The notes under the pieces are model-generated. The model saw nothing but the letters and a program-made list of their open reading frames with translations, did not search any database and was not told the origin of the DNA. A stretch of DNA of 64,000 nt from Candidatus Eiseniibacteriota bacterium (GTDB lineage Bacteria > Eisenbacteria > RBG-16-71-46 > CAZAMP01), in assembly GCA_965224245.1 (NCBI GenBank), contig OZ245046.1, positions 3,040,001-3,104,000 on the forward strand, written 5' to 3'. A program made the position numbers and the translations under genes. Below, piece by piece: positions 47,798 through 58,118 of this stretch (position 1 is the stretch's first letter; the number at the start of each line of letters is the position of its first letter).

Positions 47798-49233
47798 CGA
47801 CCAGCACCGCGTTCTTCAAGACGTTCGACCGGCATGCGGACGGCAAGGGCCTCAAGGGCGCCACGACGCACTACTGCCCCGGATGCGGACACGGACTGGT
47901 TCACAAGTTCCTGGCCGAGACGGTGGCCGAGTTCGGCATCCAGGATCGGACGGTGGCGATCTCGCCGGTCGGGTGCAGCGTGTTCCTGTACTACTACATG
48001 GACATGGGCAACACGCAGGCCGCGCATGGCCGGGCCCCGGCGGTGGCGCTCGGGCACAAGCTCGCCAATCCGAACTCGATCGTGGTCAGCTATCAGGGGG
48101 ACGGCGATCTCGCGTCGATCGGTCTCGCCGAGATCATCCACGCCGCCCAGCTCGGGCTCCCGATCAGCGTGATCTTCGTGAACAACGCGATCTACGGCAT
48201 GACGGGCGGGCAGATGGCGCCGACCACGCTCGTCGGTCAGACCTCGACCACGTGCCCCACGGGGCGCGGCGCGTTCGAGGGCCCGCCGATGAAGGTGGCC
48301 GAGGTCATCGCCCAGCTCGACGGTCCCTGCTACGTCGAACGCACGGCGCTGTACGACCAGAAGACGCGCAAGCGCGCGCGCAAGGCGATCGAGAAGATCC
48401 TCACGCTCCAGATGGAAGGACGCGGCTTCGGCTTCGTCGAGGTCCTGGCCGAGTGCCCGACGCACCTGAAGATGACGCCGATCGAGGCCGAGGCGTGGGT
48501 CCGGGACGAGATGACCAAGACGTTCCCGCTGGGCGTCCTCAAGGACGAGGCGCGGGAGCCGTGGTTTCATCCCGAAGCCCCGGAGTTCCAGCCCGAACGC
48601 GTGATGCGACTCATCAACGCCACCTCGGAGACGCCGATCCGCCACTGCTCGGGGTTCCCGACGCATCTCGATCCGACCGACGTCTCGCTGAAGCTGGCCG
48701 GCGCCGGCGGCGACGGCGCCCAGACCGCCGCGATGCTGATCGCGCACTCCGGAATCAACGAGGGCTTCGACGCCACGCACATCCCGAGCTACGGGCCCGA
48801 GTCGCGCGGGGGCACGTCCTACGCCGACGTGCACGTGGCCAGCGACGAGGTGCTCTCGCCGGCGTCGCCGGAGCCCGACATCCTGGTGGCCTTCAACGCC
48901 CCGAGTCTGGCCAAGTTCGGACCGACGGTCCGTCCGGGCGGTGTGGTGATCTACGATTCCAGCGTCATCACGGACGTACCGGAGCTGAACGCCGACGTTC
49001 GCGTGTACCCCGTGCCGTGCGCCGAGATCGCCCGGAGCCTGGGCAAGGTGCTGGTCAAGAACGTCGTCGCGCTCGGGGCGCTCCAGGAGGCCACGACGCT
49101 GTTCACCGAGGAGACGTTCCTCGACGCGGTCCGACGGAGCCTCTCCGACAAGTGTGCCATGATCCCGATCAACGAGGAGGCATTCCGCTGGGGCGTGCGG
49201 GCGGTTCGCGAATCGATCACACACTTCGATTGA
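47794..49233 (+). CDS. 2-oxoacid:ferredoxin oxidoreductase beta-gamma fusion
   Basis: YCPGCGHG, PVGC, HGRA, GDGD..NNAIYGMTGGQ; gamma part AGAGGDG, PSYGPESRGG. Confidence 0.9.
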   Translation: MTTSTAFFKTFDRHADGKGLKGATTHYCPGCGHGLVHKFLAETVAEFGIQDRTVAISPVGCSVFLYYYMDMGNTQAAHGRAPAVALGHKLANPNSIVVSYQGDGDLASIGLAEIIHAAQLGLPISVIFVNNAIYGMTGGQMAPTTLVGQTSTTCPTGRGAFEGPPMKVAEVIAQLDGPCYVERTALYDQKTRKRARKAIEKILTLQMEGRGFGFVEVLAECPTHLKMTPIEAEAWVRDEMTKTFPLGVLKDEAREPWFHPEAPEFQPERVMRLINATSETPIRHCSGFPTHLDPTDVSLKLAGAGGDGAQTAAMLIAHSGINEGFDATHIPSYGPESRGGTSYADVHVASDEVLSPASPEPDILVAFNAPSLAKFGPTVRPGGVVIYDSSVITDVPELNADVRVYPVPCAEIARSLGKVLVKNVVALGALQEATTLFTEETFLDAVRRSLSDKCAMIPINEEAFRWGVRAVRESITHFD

Positions 49234-49345
49234 CGGGCGTGACGCTGGGATGTGTGCGCCGCGGCGGGCGGCCGCGCCGTCGCGCCGGGCGAGCAGCCGC
49301 ACCGGCGGCGAGAGATCCTCGATCAGGGAGTCAGTGAGGCAGGTC

Positions 49346-50971
49346 ATGAACATCGAAGGCAAGACGGTACTGGCCATCGGCGGCTTCGGACTGGTGGGGA
49401 TGGCGGTGTGTCGCGAGCTGCTCCCGCACCGGCCGGGGCGCATCATCATACACAGCCTCCGGCGGGAGGAAGCCGAGGACGCACGGGATCGACTGGCCCG
49501 TGAGGCCGGGGAGACCGAGATCGTCGCGGCGTGGGGTGACATCTTCGCCCAGATCGGCCGCGACTCGATGATGGAGCGACTGAACGGACAGCTCGTCGCG
49601 TTGACCGACGACGATCTCCCCACGTTCGTGCTGCACCGCCTGATCGACGAGAGCCGCCCCGACATCGTCATCGATTGCGTGAACACGGCCACCGGCATCG
49701 CGTACCGGAACATCTTCCGCGCGGCCGAGAAGCTCCTCGAGGAGCTGGCCGGGGACGCCGTTTCGACCCAGGCCGCCGAAGAGCTCCTGGACGCGCTCTA
49801 CATTCCGCGCCTGATCCGGCACATCCAGGTGCTGTACCGATCCATGGCCTCGCTCGGTACGTCGATGTACATCAAGGTGGGAACCACCGGAACCGGCGGC
49901 ATGGGGCTGAACGTCCCCTATACCCACTCCGAGGAGAAGCCCAGCCGCGTCCTTCTCTCGAAGAGCGCCCTGGCCGGTGCGCACTCGATGCTCCTGTTCC
50001 TGATGGCGCGAACGCCGGGGGCCCCCATCACCAAGGAGCTGAAGCCGGCGGCCGCCATCGCGTGGAAGAAGATCGGCTACGGGCCGATCTCGCGCGGGGG
50101 CGAGCCGATCCGGCTCGTCGACGCCCGTCCCCGCCCTCTGGGCCGGACGTTCTCGACGCACGACGCCGACGCCGCATCGCCCACCGATCGCGTGCTGGAG
50201 AGCGTCTTCATCGACACCGGCGAGAACGGCATCTTCAGCCTGGAGGAGTTCTCGGCGCTGACCACGAGCGAGCAGATGGAGTTCGTGAGCCCCGAGGAGA
50301 TCGCGCGCTACCTGGTCTTCGAGGTACAGGGCGGCAACAGCGGCCACGACGTCATCAACGCCCTCGACAACGTGATCATCGGGCCGTCGTACCGCGCCGG
50401 ACTGATGCGGCACTGGGCGCTCGAGAAGATGGTGGAGCTCGAGACCCAGCACGGCACCGAGAGCGTCGCCTTCGAGATGCTCGGCCCCCCGAGGCTCTCG
50501 AAGCTCCTGTACGAGGCGCACCTCCTGCGCCTGGCGTTCAGCACGATGAACGCCGTGCGGGACACGCCGGTCGACGAGGTCACCCGAGCGCTCAACGCGC
50601 TCGTCCTGGAGAAGCCCGAGGTGGCCTCGACGATCGCGTCGGTCGGGCTCCCGGTTCTTCTGGACTCCGGGGAGATCATCCGTGGACCGAAGGTCATCAT
50701 TCCCGCCGAAGCCGAGGACGTCGAGATCACCGACGAACGGCTCGAGGCGTGGGTGCGTGACGGCTGGGTGGACCTTCGCATGGAGAACTGCCGGCGCTGG
50801 GTGCAGCGGTTCGCCCGGATTCACGACGATCTCGCCGCGCTCGACGCCAGCGAGACCTCCAGCCGCTATCTCCGGAACCACCGGTTCTGGCACGACGAGA
50901 ACCTCATCCTCCCGGGCAAGATCGCGGGCTGGATCTTCGCGGAGGAAGAGCAGGGCGGGCGGATGAAATGA
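49346..50971 (+). CDS. Uncharacterised Rossmann-fold (NAD(P)-binding) protein
   Basis: VLAIGGFGLVG N-terminus, DCVNTAT, GTGGMGLNVPYTHSEE; 541 aa; stop overlaps next start. Confidence 0.78.
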   Translation: MNIEGKTVLAIGGFGLVGMAVCRELLPHRPGRIIIHSLRREEAEDARDRLAREAGETEIVAAWGDIFAQIGRDSMMERLNGQLVALTDDDLPTFVLHRLIDESRPDIVIDCVNTATGIAYRNIFRAAEKLLEELAGDAVSTQAAEELLDALYIPRLIRHIQVLYRSMASLGTSMYIKVGTTGTGGMGLNVPYTHSEEKPSRVLLSKSALAGAHSMLLFLMARTPGAPITKELKPAAAIAWKKIGYGPISRGGEPIRLVDARPRPLGRTFSTHDADAASPTDRVLESVFIDTGENGIFSLEEFSALTTSEQMEFVSPEEIARYLVFEVQGGNSGHDVINALDNVIIGPSYRAGLMRHWALEKMVELETQHGTESVAFEMLGPPRLSKLLYEAHLLRLAFSTMNAVRDTPVDEVTRALNALVLEKPEVASTIASVGLPVLLDSGEIIRGPKVIIPAEAEDVEITDERLEAWVRDGWVDLRMENCRRWVQRFARIHDDLAALDASETSSRYLRNHRFWHDENLILPGKIAGWIFAEEEQGGRMK

Positions 50972-53241
50972 ACGCGACCGCGTCGGCGGCGGCCCAGCGC
51001 ATCCTCGACGCCGCCGCGACGCGTCGTCGGGCCCTCCTCCTCGAGTCCGACGCGATGGTGCTGCTCGACGCGATCGGCATCGCCGTTCCCCGCTCCGTCC
51101 TCGTTCGCGACGCGTCGGAGCTCGACTCCGTCGCGCTCTCGCAGCTGCCCGGCGACGACGTGATGGTGAAGGTCCAGTCGTCGGCCATCGGCCACAAGAG
51201 CGACGTGGGCGGCGTGGTCCGCGCGGCGAAGACCGCGCGTGCGATCGGCGAGGCGATCGAGGACATGCAGCGGCGGCTCGGCGGGCATCCGATCGACGGC
51301 TTCCTGATCGCCGAACGCGTGGTCCACGACGGCTCGCTCGGCGGCGAGCTCCTAGTCGGCGCCCGCTGGACGGACGACTTCGGTCCGGTCGTGGTCTTCG
51401 GCTCGGGCGGCACGTCGGCGGAGGCCCTGGCCCGCGGGCTGCGACCCGAGCGGGCGACCGCCATCTTGCGGGCGGACCCCTTTCCCGACCGGGCGTCCGT
51501 CGCCCGGATCGTCGCCGCCATCCTCGCCGGGGCTCTCGCCACCGAGCCCCAGCGCGGCGCTCCGCCCCGGATCGACGTGGACGCGATCGTGGGCGTGCTG
51601 GCGGCGCTGGCCGGAGCGGCCTCGTCCTGGTTTCCCGAGTCCTTGACCGAGCTCGAGGTCAATCCCCTGGTCGTTCGGAACGGCTCGCTGGTGGCGCTCG
51701 ACGCGCTGGCCCGGCCGGGCGGCCCGGCCGCCGAGCCGGCGCCCCCGCGGCCTACACACGCGATCCGTTGTCTCCTCGAGCCCGAGCGCATCGCCATCGC
51801 CGGGGTGTCGCGGCGCATCAACACCGGACGAGCCATCCTGCGCAACGTGCTCGCATCCGGCTTCGATCCGGCGCGCGTTCACGTCGTCAAGCCCGGCGGC
51901 GGCGAGCCGATCGACGGCTGCGCATGCGTCGAGAGCTTCGCGGCGCTGCCCGAGCCGGTGGATCTCGCGGTCCTGAGCATCTCGGCCGCCGACGTGGCCC
52001 CGACCCTGCTCTCGATCATCGACGGGAACCGCGCGCGATCGGTGATCGTGATCTCCGGTGGGCTCGAAGAGAAGCGCGGCACCGGCGCCATCGTAGCGCG
52101 CGTTCACGCCGCCATCCGGAAGTCCCGATCGGCGCCCGGCGGCGGGCCGATCGTGAACGGCGGGAACTGCCTCGGGGTGCGCTCGATTCCCGGCCGATAC
52201 GACACGCTGTTCATTCCGCACCACAAGATGCCGGCGCCGCGCTCGACTGCCGGCGGGCCGGGTGGCCCGACGCCCCTGGCCCTGATCTCGCAGAGCGGTG
52301 CGCACCTGGTCGCCTGTCTGGATCGTCTCGCGCACCTGGAGCCGCGATACGCCATCTCGGTGGGGAACCAGACCGATCTGACCGTCGGCGACTACCTGAC
52401 CGCGCTGGCCGACGACCCCGAGGTCGCCGTCGTGGCCACCTACGTGGAGGGGTTCCGGCCCGGGGACGGACGCGCGTTCGTCGCCGCGGCCGAGCGCATG
52501 CGCGCCCGGGGCGGGCACGTGGTTCTCTATCGCGCCGGACGCAGCGCCGCCGGCGCACGGGCCACCGCGAGCCACACCGCGTCGATCGCCGGCGACCATC
52601 GCGTCACGCGCGCGCTGGCCGAACAGGCAGGCGTCATCGTCGTCGACGCCCTCTCCGACTTCGCGGAGGTGACCGCGCTCGTTCTCGCGCTTCGGGACCG
52701 GCCGCCTCGTGGACGCCGGCTGGGCGCCCTCTCCAACGCCGGGTTCGAGTGTGTGGCCATCGCGGACGCGCTCGGGCCGCTCGCACTGGCCGACCTCGCC
52801 GCGGACACCCGCGCACGACTGGCGACGCTCCTGGCCGAGAACGGCGTGGACGACATCGTGGACGTGCAGAACCCGCTCGACCTGACGCCCATGCTGGACG
52901 ACGCCGCCTACCGCTCCGCGATCGAGATCCTGATGGCCGACCCGGGCGTTGACGTCGGCGTCGTCGGGTGCGTCCCGCTGACGCCGGCGCTGGCGACGTT
53001 GCCCGCGTCCGACGCCCATCGCGAGGATCTCACCGCTCCCGACTCGGTCGTCTCGCGCATGGTCGAGGAGCACCGGCGCGGCACCAAGCCGTGGGTGGCC
53101 GTCGTGGAGGGCGGCGCCCGCTACGATCCCATGGCGCGCCGGCTGGAGGCACGGGGCGTCCCCACGTTCCGGAGCGCCGACCGGGCCGTCCGCGCGCTGG
53201 GGCAGGTCGTGTGCGCGATGACGCCGCCCGCCACCACCTGA
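50968..53241 (+). CDS. ADP-forming acyl-CoA synthetase, beta(ATP-grasp)-alpha fused
   Basis: HKSDVGGV, ELLVG..D.FGPVV.FG.GG, ELEVNPL; then CoA-binding, GNCLG, ISQSG, SVGNQ.D, ASHT, NPLDLT. Confidence 0.88.
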   Translation: MNATASAAAQRILDAAATRRRALLLESDAMVLLDAIGIAVPRSVLVRDASELDSVALSQLPGDDVMVKVQSSAIGHKSDVGGVVRAAKTARAIGEAIEDMQRRLGGHPIDGFLIAERVVHDGSLGGELLVGARWTDDFGPVVVFGSGGTSAEALARGLRPERATAILRADPFPDRASVARIVAAILAGALATEPQRGAPPRIDVDAIVGVLAALAGAASSWFPESLTELEVNPLVVRNGSLVALDALARPGGPAAEPAPPRPTHAIRCLLEPERIAIAGVSRRINTGRAILRNVLASGFDPARVHVVKPGGGEPIDGCACVESFAALPEPVDLAVLSISAADVAPTLLSIIDGNRARSVIVISGGLEEKRGTGAIVARVHAAIRKSRSAPGGGPIVNGGNCLGVRSIPGRYDTLFIPHHKMPAPRSTAGGPGGPTPLALISQSGAHLVACLDRLAHLEPRYAISVGNQTDLTVGDYLTALADDPEVAVVATYVEGFRPGDGRAFVAAAERMRARGGHVVLYRAGRSAAGARATASHTASIAGDHRVTRALAEQAGVIVVDALSDFAEVTALVLALRDRPPRGRRLGALSNAGFECVAIADALGPLALADLAADTRARLATLLAENGVDDIVDVQNPLDLTPMLDDAAYRSAIEILMADPGVDVGVVGCVPLTPALATLPASDAHREDLTAPDSVVSRMVEEHRRGTKPWVAVVEGGARYDPMARRLEARGVPTFRSADRAVRALGQVVCAMTPPATT

Positions 53242-53283
53242 CCCCGTCTCCCGTCATGCGGGTCGGCGGGAGACCGGGCCTCT

Positions 53284-55041
53284 TCAGGACGCATCGCGCT
53301 CGTGCATCGTGATCCGCGATCCGGCGGCCACGTCTCGGAGGGTGCCCACCTTGCCCGACGGCCATCGCACCTCGAGCTCGTCGATCGCCGATGCCGATCC
53401 GAGACCGAACGTGATCACGGGTTCGGACTGGGACGCGTACGACCGACCCGAGCCGAACCAGACCGTCTGGATCCGCTCCCCGACGTGGGCTCTGACACGG
53501 GCGCCGAAGCCCTCCCGGTTGGATCCGGCGCCTCCCTCCAGGGTGATGCGCACCGAGCGAGCACCGTCGGCGCCGTCGTTGCGGTACAGCCGGACCGGTC
53601 CGCCCGAGGTGACCACGGCCACGTCGAGATCTCCGTCCCCGTCGTAGTCGCCGTAGGCGCAGCCCCGGGCCACGATCGGCTCGGCGAGCGCCGGAACCGC
53701 GGGCGCCACGTCCCGAAAGCCATCCTCGCCGAGGTTCTGGAACAGATGCGGTGGCTGCGCGTAGGCGACGCGCGACTGGACACGCTGGATCTCGTCCTCG
53801 ACGTGCCCGTTGGCCGCGAAGAGATCCACCCGGCCGTCGAGATCGAAGTCGAAGAAGAAGACGCCGAACGCGAGCGTCAGGAGCGACTCGTGCCCCACCG
53901 CGGTGGGTGAGGCCACGTCGATGAAGAGCCCGTTCCCCTCGTTGTGATAGAGACCGAGCATCTCGTTGGAGAAGTTGCCGACCGCGAAGCTCGGGCGTCC
54001 GGTGTGATCGAAGTCGGCGACGTCGACCCCCATGCCGCCGCGCGCCCGTCCGGTCTCGTCGTACGCGACCCCGGCCATGACGCCCTCGTCGCGAAACGTG
54101 CCGTCGCCGAGGTTCCTGAACAGGAAGTCCGGCTGGGTGTCGTTCGCCACGAAGACGTCCTCCCAGCCGTCGTCGTCGTAGTCGAAGCACGCGATGCCGA
54201 GCCCCTTGGACGTCGGGTCGTAGACGCCGGCCTCGACGCTGACGTCGGTGAAGGCGTCCCCGTCGTTGCGGAAGAGCCGCGGTGGCGCGCCCTCGTAGGC
54301 CTGCGGCGTGCAGTACGACTTCGTCTTGCCGTCGAGCGAGCAGAAGATGTCGGTCTCGGGCGTCCACGGCACGTAGTTCAACGCGAAGAGATCCAGATCG
54401 CCGTCCCGATCGAAGTCGAGCCACGCCGCCGAGGATCCGAAGCCGTTGTCGTCCACCCCGGTCGCGGCGGCCACGTCTACGAACCGCGCGCCGTCGTTGC
54501 GATACAGCCGGTTCGGTCCGACCGCGGTCACGTAGACGTCGGTGTCGCCGTCGGCGTCGTAGTCGCCGCAGGTGGCGCCGATCGCGTACGTGGGCTGATC
54601 GAGGCCCAGCGCGACCGTGACGTCCGTGAAGGCCGTGCCGCCCTCGTTCCGATAGAGCGCCGGGGTCTGGCGCCGCGCCGAGGGGTGTCCGTCGAAGTCC
54701 TTCCCGGACAGGAGCAGGAGATCCTGATCACCGTCGCCGTCGGCATCCAGCCAGGCGCAGCCGGAGCCCATGGTCTCGGGCAGCCACTTCTGGCCGAACG
54801 CGCCGGTGTTGTGCACGAAGTCGATTCCGAGCGCACCGGCGACCTCGACGAACGCGTCGGACGCCGGCATCGGCGGCGCATCCGCCCCCGAGCGTTCCGT
54901 CGACGCCGCCGATGGGGACGCGGCCGCCCCCGGTTGGTCGTGGGCGAGGTCTCCGTCCGTGTCGCGCGTCTCGCAGGACGTCAGGAGAATGCACAGCACG
55001 CTCGCGTACGTCAGGGCGGCGATCCGATCGCGGCGCGTCAT
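53284..55041 (-). CDS. CRTAC1/ASPIC-UnbV FG-GAP repeat lipoprotein
   Basis: Lipobox LTSC; repeated DxDxDGxxD; ETMGSG; SNREGFGARV, GRSYASQS, FGLG, VRWPSG. Confidence 0.9.
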   Translation of the reverse strand: MTRRDRIAALTYASVLCILLTSCETRDTDGDLAHDQPGAAASPSAASTERSGADAPPMPASDAFVEVAGALGIDFVHNTGAFGQKWLPETMGSGCAWLDADGDGDQDLLLLSGKDFDGHPSARRQTPALYRNEGGTAFTDVTVALGLDQPTYAIGATCGDYDADGDTDVYVTAVGPNRLYRNDGARFVDVAAATGVDDNGFGSSAAWLDFDRDGDLDLFALNYVPWTPETDIFCSLDGKTKSYCTPQAYEGAPPRLFRNDGDAFTDVSVEAGVYDPTSKGLGIACFDYDDDGWEDVFVANDTQPDFLFRNLGDGTFRDEGVMAGVAYDETGRARGGMGVDVADFDHTGRPSFAVGNFSNEMLGLYHNEGNGLFIDVASPTAVGHESLLTLAFGVFFFDFDLDGRVDLFAANGHVEDEIQRVQSRVAYAQPPHLFQNLGEDGFRDVAPAVPALAEPIVARGCAYGDYDGDGDLDVAVVTSGGPVRLYRNDGADGARSVRITLEGGAGSNREGFGARVRAHVGERIQTVWFGSGRSYASQSEPVITFGLGSASAIDELEVRWPSGKVGTLRDVAAGSRITMHERDAS

Positions 55042-58000
55042 CGTGCGCCTCCGTTCGCCTGGTCGGACTCGGCCGCCCCGCGCGTGTCGGCCCGGGCATC
55101 GGCCGCGGCTCGCTCGGTGGGGCCGCGGAAGCGCGCGGCCTTCTTCCCCTCGGCCTCCAGGCGCCGGCCGCGCGCGATCACGCGCGCGGCGTAGGTCTCG
55201 GCCTCCCCGGGCAGCACCGTGGTGGGCTCACCGCCCTCGGCGCGGATCCGGGCCTCGCGATCGATGACGTCGCTCGACACCGACACCTGCTCGTGGATCG
55301 GCTGTCGCATCCGGTTGTCCTGGGGGTTCTCGCGCAGGTAGGGCCCCAGTATCGCGTCCGCGTCCTCGTCGGCCTTGAAGCGCTCGTAGAGGGTCCGCGC
55401 GCGCTCGGCATCCGCATCCCGTCCGAGACCCCGATAGCACAGCATCAGGTTGAAGTGCGCGGTGAGATCCTCGGGATCGATCGCGAGCACCGCCTCGAAC
55501 TCCTCGACCGCGGCCTCGAACTCGCGCGTCAGGAACAGCACGCGCCCGATCGCGTTGCGCACGACGCGGTCGCGCGGGTACTGCTCGGCCGCGCGGCGGA
55601 ACGACGCGAGCGCCTCGGCGTAGCGGCCGCGCTCCTTGAGCACGACGCCGGTGAAGTAGTGCGACTTGGCCAGGTCCGGCTCCAGCGCGAGCGCGTGCCC
55701 GAGCGCATCCTCGGCGTCGTCGACGAGTCCCTCGCGCAGCGCGACCCGCGCCAGGTTCACGAACCCGTCGGCGTAGTCCGGCGCGGCCGCGACGACCCGC
55801 CCAAAGGCGCGGCGCGCGCCCTGAAGATCTCCCTGGCGGAGGAGCCCGATTCCGTAGTCGTTCCAGCGGCCGAAGTCACCCGGCCTCGGGGCCTCGTCCT
55901 GCGCGCGTGCGCGAAGACCGGTCGGCTCGGCGCCCGGATCGATCACGTGCAGCGTGGCCGTATCCCGGTGCACGACCACGGTCGGCAGCTCCGGGATCTC
56001 GCGCAGCACGGCGGAGACGTTCATGGGAACGGATCCCGTGACGAACTCGCGATCGTCGTGGTGCCTGGTCACGCGCTCGATCCCGGCGCCCGGCGCGGCG
56101 GGCTCTCCGTCGGCGGGTATGCCCGCGAACGAGAACTCGGTCAGCTCGTGCGCGAACTTGCGGTAGTTGAGCCGCGCTTCGAGCGTGATCTCGTCCCCGC
56201 AGTCCTCCGGAATGGCCAGCCGGTACCGAGCCACGTCGGCCGCTCCGGGCGGGATCAGGTTGACCCATGCAACGGCCCGGGTCGCCCAGGCGTTGCGCTT
56301 GTTGATCGGGTTGCCCCGGGCGTCCACCATGCGCACGCCGTAGAACTGCGCACCCGGATCGATCTCGCCTCGCCCGCCGTTCTCGGCCACGCCGCTCCAG
56401 AAGATCGTGCGTCCGGTCTCGTCCTCGGCGCGTAGCTCCAGCCAGACCTCGAACCCGTCGATCGTGCCGCCCGGGAAGAAGTGGCCGACGCCCCGGGTGC
56501 GCACGACGACGTCGACTCGCACCTCCTCGCCGCGCCGGATCTCGAAGACCTCGTCCGCGTCCAGCGGTCCCCAGATCGGCTCCAGCTCGCGGTCGGCCGC
56601 ACCGCCACCCGGACGCCCCACCGGGGCCGCCGCTTCTTCGCCCACCGCGAACGTGGAGCTGAGGGTGCCCGCTCCCACCTCCGCCAGGGGCTGGTCTCCC
56701 TGACCGACGCGCTCGACCGCCGGCGTGGCCGCGAAGATGTCCACCGTGACCTGATTGCGCTGGAGGAACGCGATCGTGTTGGCGAGCTGTTTCTCGTGCA
56801 GGTTGGCCGAGGGCACCGCGGTGTTGGCGGCCAGGAAGCTGTGGTCGTGAACCATCCCCGCGATGTTGCCCTTGTCGTCGGACTCGACGCGCGGCATGTG
56901 ACAGTCGGCGCAATCCATCGGCTCGGCCGGGTAGTAGAAGCTCCGCGCACCGTGCCCGGAGACGCCCGACGCCTGCCAGTTGTCGTACTCGTTGAACCCC
57001 CGGATCCATCGGTAGTTGTTGACCGGCACGTCCAGGTGCACCTTGTGGCAGCTCGCGCAGAACTCGGCCGTCTGCTCGCGGTGGAACGGCTTCAGGAACG
57101 TGTCCCGGTGCGGTCCCGGGTCGAGACGCAGGACCAGGTCGTGCAACCCCCTCAGCAGCGGGTTCTCGCTCACGGCCAGATCGTGCAGCGGCGGATACTC
57201 GATGAAGAACCCACCGTTTCCCATCGTGTCCTGGACACGCGTGATCGCGTGACAGGAGTTGCATCCGAGCCCCGTGTGCGCCTCCTCGGTGGCGATGAAC
57301 GTCTCCACCGGCTCGTCCATGACCCCGTTGAAGAGCACCGCGTGGTCGTGACATCCCGCACACCACTTCGAGGACTGGACGCTGTTGACCTCCTGCATGT
57401 ACTCGATGGACTTGCGATACCACTGGTTGTTGAACGACGAGAAGTGATGCGCGGACCCGTTCCACTGATCGTAGATGTCCTGGTGGCAGCGCGCGCACGA
57501 CTGCGACGTCATGAAGAAGTCGGACGGGATCCGTCCCCCGGTCGACGTGTTCGCCGACGACGGGAAGAACGGTCCCGAGTCCCCGCCCATGGCCTCGTCC
57601 GCCATGACGGCCGGCGGCCGGTCGGGATTGACGACCCGGTAGCGCGCATCGCCGTCCCGGAGCGATGCCGCGGCGAACACCGCGAGCGCGAGCGCGGCCC
57701 CCAGGCCGACGACCCCGCGCATCCGGTGCCTGGCGAGCACGAGCGCCGTCAGCGCGGCCAGGCTCGCGATCACGGCCAGGGCGATGTGAACATCCAGAAT
57801 CCAGCGATTCGGCCGGACGTTCTCGACCACGCCGAGGACGATCGCGGCGACCGCCGACGAGGTGAAGCACACGAGCCCCACCCGGGACGCGGCCCGCGCT
57901 CCGGCGCTCGAGATGCGCGCGATCGCACGCGGCGCCAGAACCAGGACCGCGATCGCGATGGCGAGGCCGCCGAAGGCGTGCAAGAGCACGTTGCCGACGT

Positions 58001-58118
58001 AGAAGACGTCCGGTGACGAGTCGACGGCGAGATACGCGCTCTGGACGAGGAGCAACGCTCCCAGAATCGCGAGGACCGTTCCTGATTTCCGGGCGCTGCC
58101 CGACGATCGTGACGCCAA
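55038..58118 (-). CDS. Membrane-anchored pentaheme cytochrome c with C-terminal TPRs
   Basis: About 5 N-terminal TM; CARCH, CAGCH, CNSCH, CASCH, CADCH; GHFFPGG; WNDYGIGL and TPRs. Confidence 0.88.
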   Translation of the reverse strand: MASRSSGSARKSGTVLAILGALLLVQSAYLAVDSSPDVFYVGNVLLHAFGGLAIAIAVLVLAPRAIARISSAGARAASRVGLVCFTSSAVAAIVLGVVENVRPNRWILDVHIALAVIASLAALTALVLARHRMRGVVGLGAALALAVFAAASLRDGDARYRVVNPDRPPAVMADEAMGGDSGPFFPSSANTSTGGRIPSDFFMTSQSCARCHQDIYDQWNGSAHHFSSFNNQWYRKSIEYMQEVNSVQSSKWCAGCHDHAVLFNGVMDEPVETFIATEEAHTGLGCNSCHAITRVQDTMGNGGFFIEYPPLHDLAVSENPLLRGLHDLVLRLDPGPHRDTFLKPFHREQTAEFCASCHKVHLDVPVNNYRWIRGFNEYDNWQASGVSGHGARSFYYPAEPMDCADCHMPRVESDDKGNIAGMVHDHSFLAANTAVPSANLHEKQLANTIAFLQRNQVTVDIFAATPAVERVGQGDQPLAEVGAGTLSSTFAVGEEAAAPVGRPGGGAADRELEPIWGPLDADEVFEIRRGEEVRVDVVVRTRGVGHFFPGGTIDGFEVWLELRAEDETGRTIFWSGVAENGGRGEIDPGAQFYGVRMVDARGNPINKRNAWATRAVAWVNLIPPGAADVARYRLAIPEDCGDEITLEARLNYRKFAHELTEFSFAGIPADGEPAAPGAGIERVTRHHDDREFVTGSVPMNVSAVLREIPELPTVVVHRDTATLHVIDPGAEPTGLRARAQDEAPRPGDFGRWNDYGIGLLRQGDLQGARRAFGRVVAAAPDYADGFVNLARVALREGLVDDAEDALGHALALEPDLAKSHYFTGVVLKERGRYAEALASFRRAAEQYPRDRVVRNAIGRVLFLTREFEAAVEEFEAVLAIDPEDLTAHFNLMLCYRGLGRDADAERARTLYERFKADEDADAILGPYLRENPQDNRMRQPIHEQVSVSSDVIDREARIRAEGGEPTTVLPGEAETYAARVIARGRRLEAEGKKAARFRGPTERAAADARADTRGAAESDQANGGAR

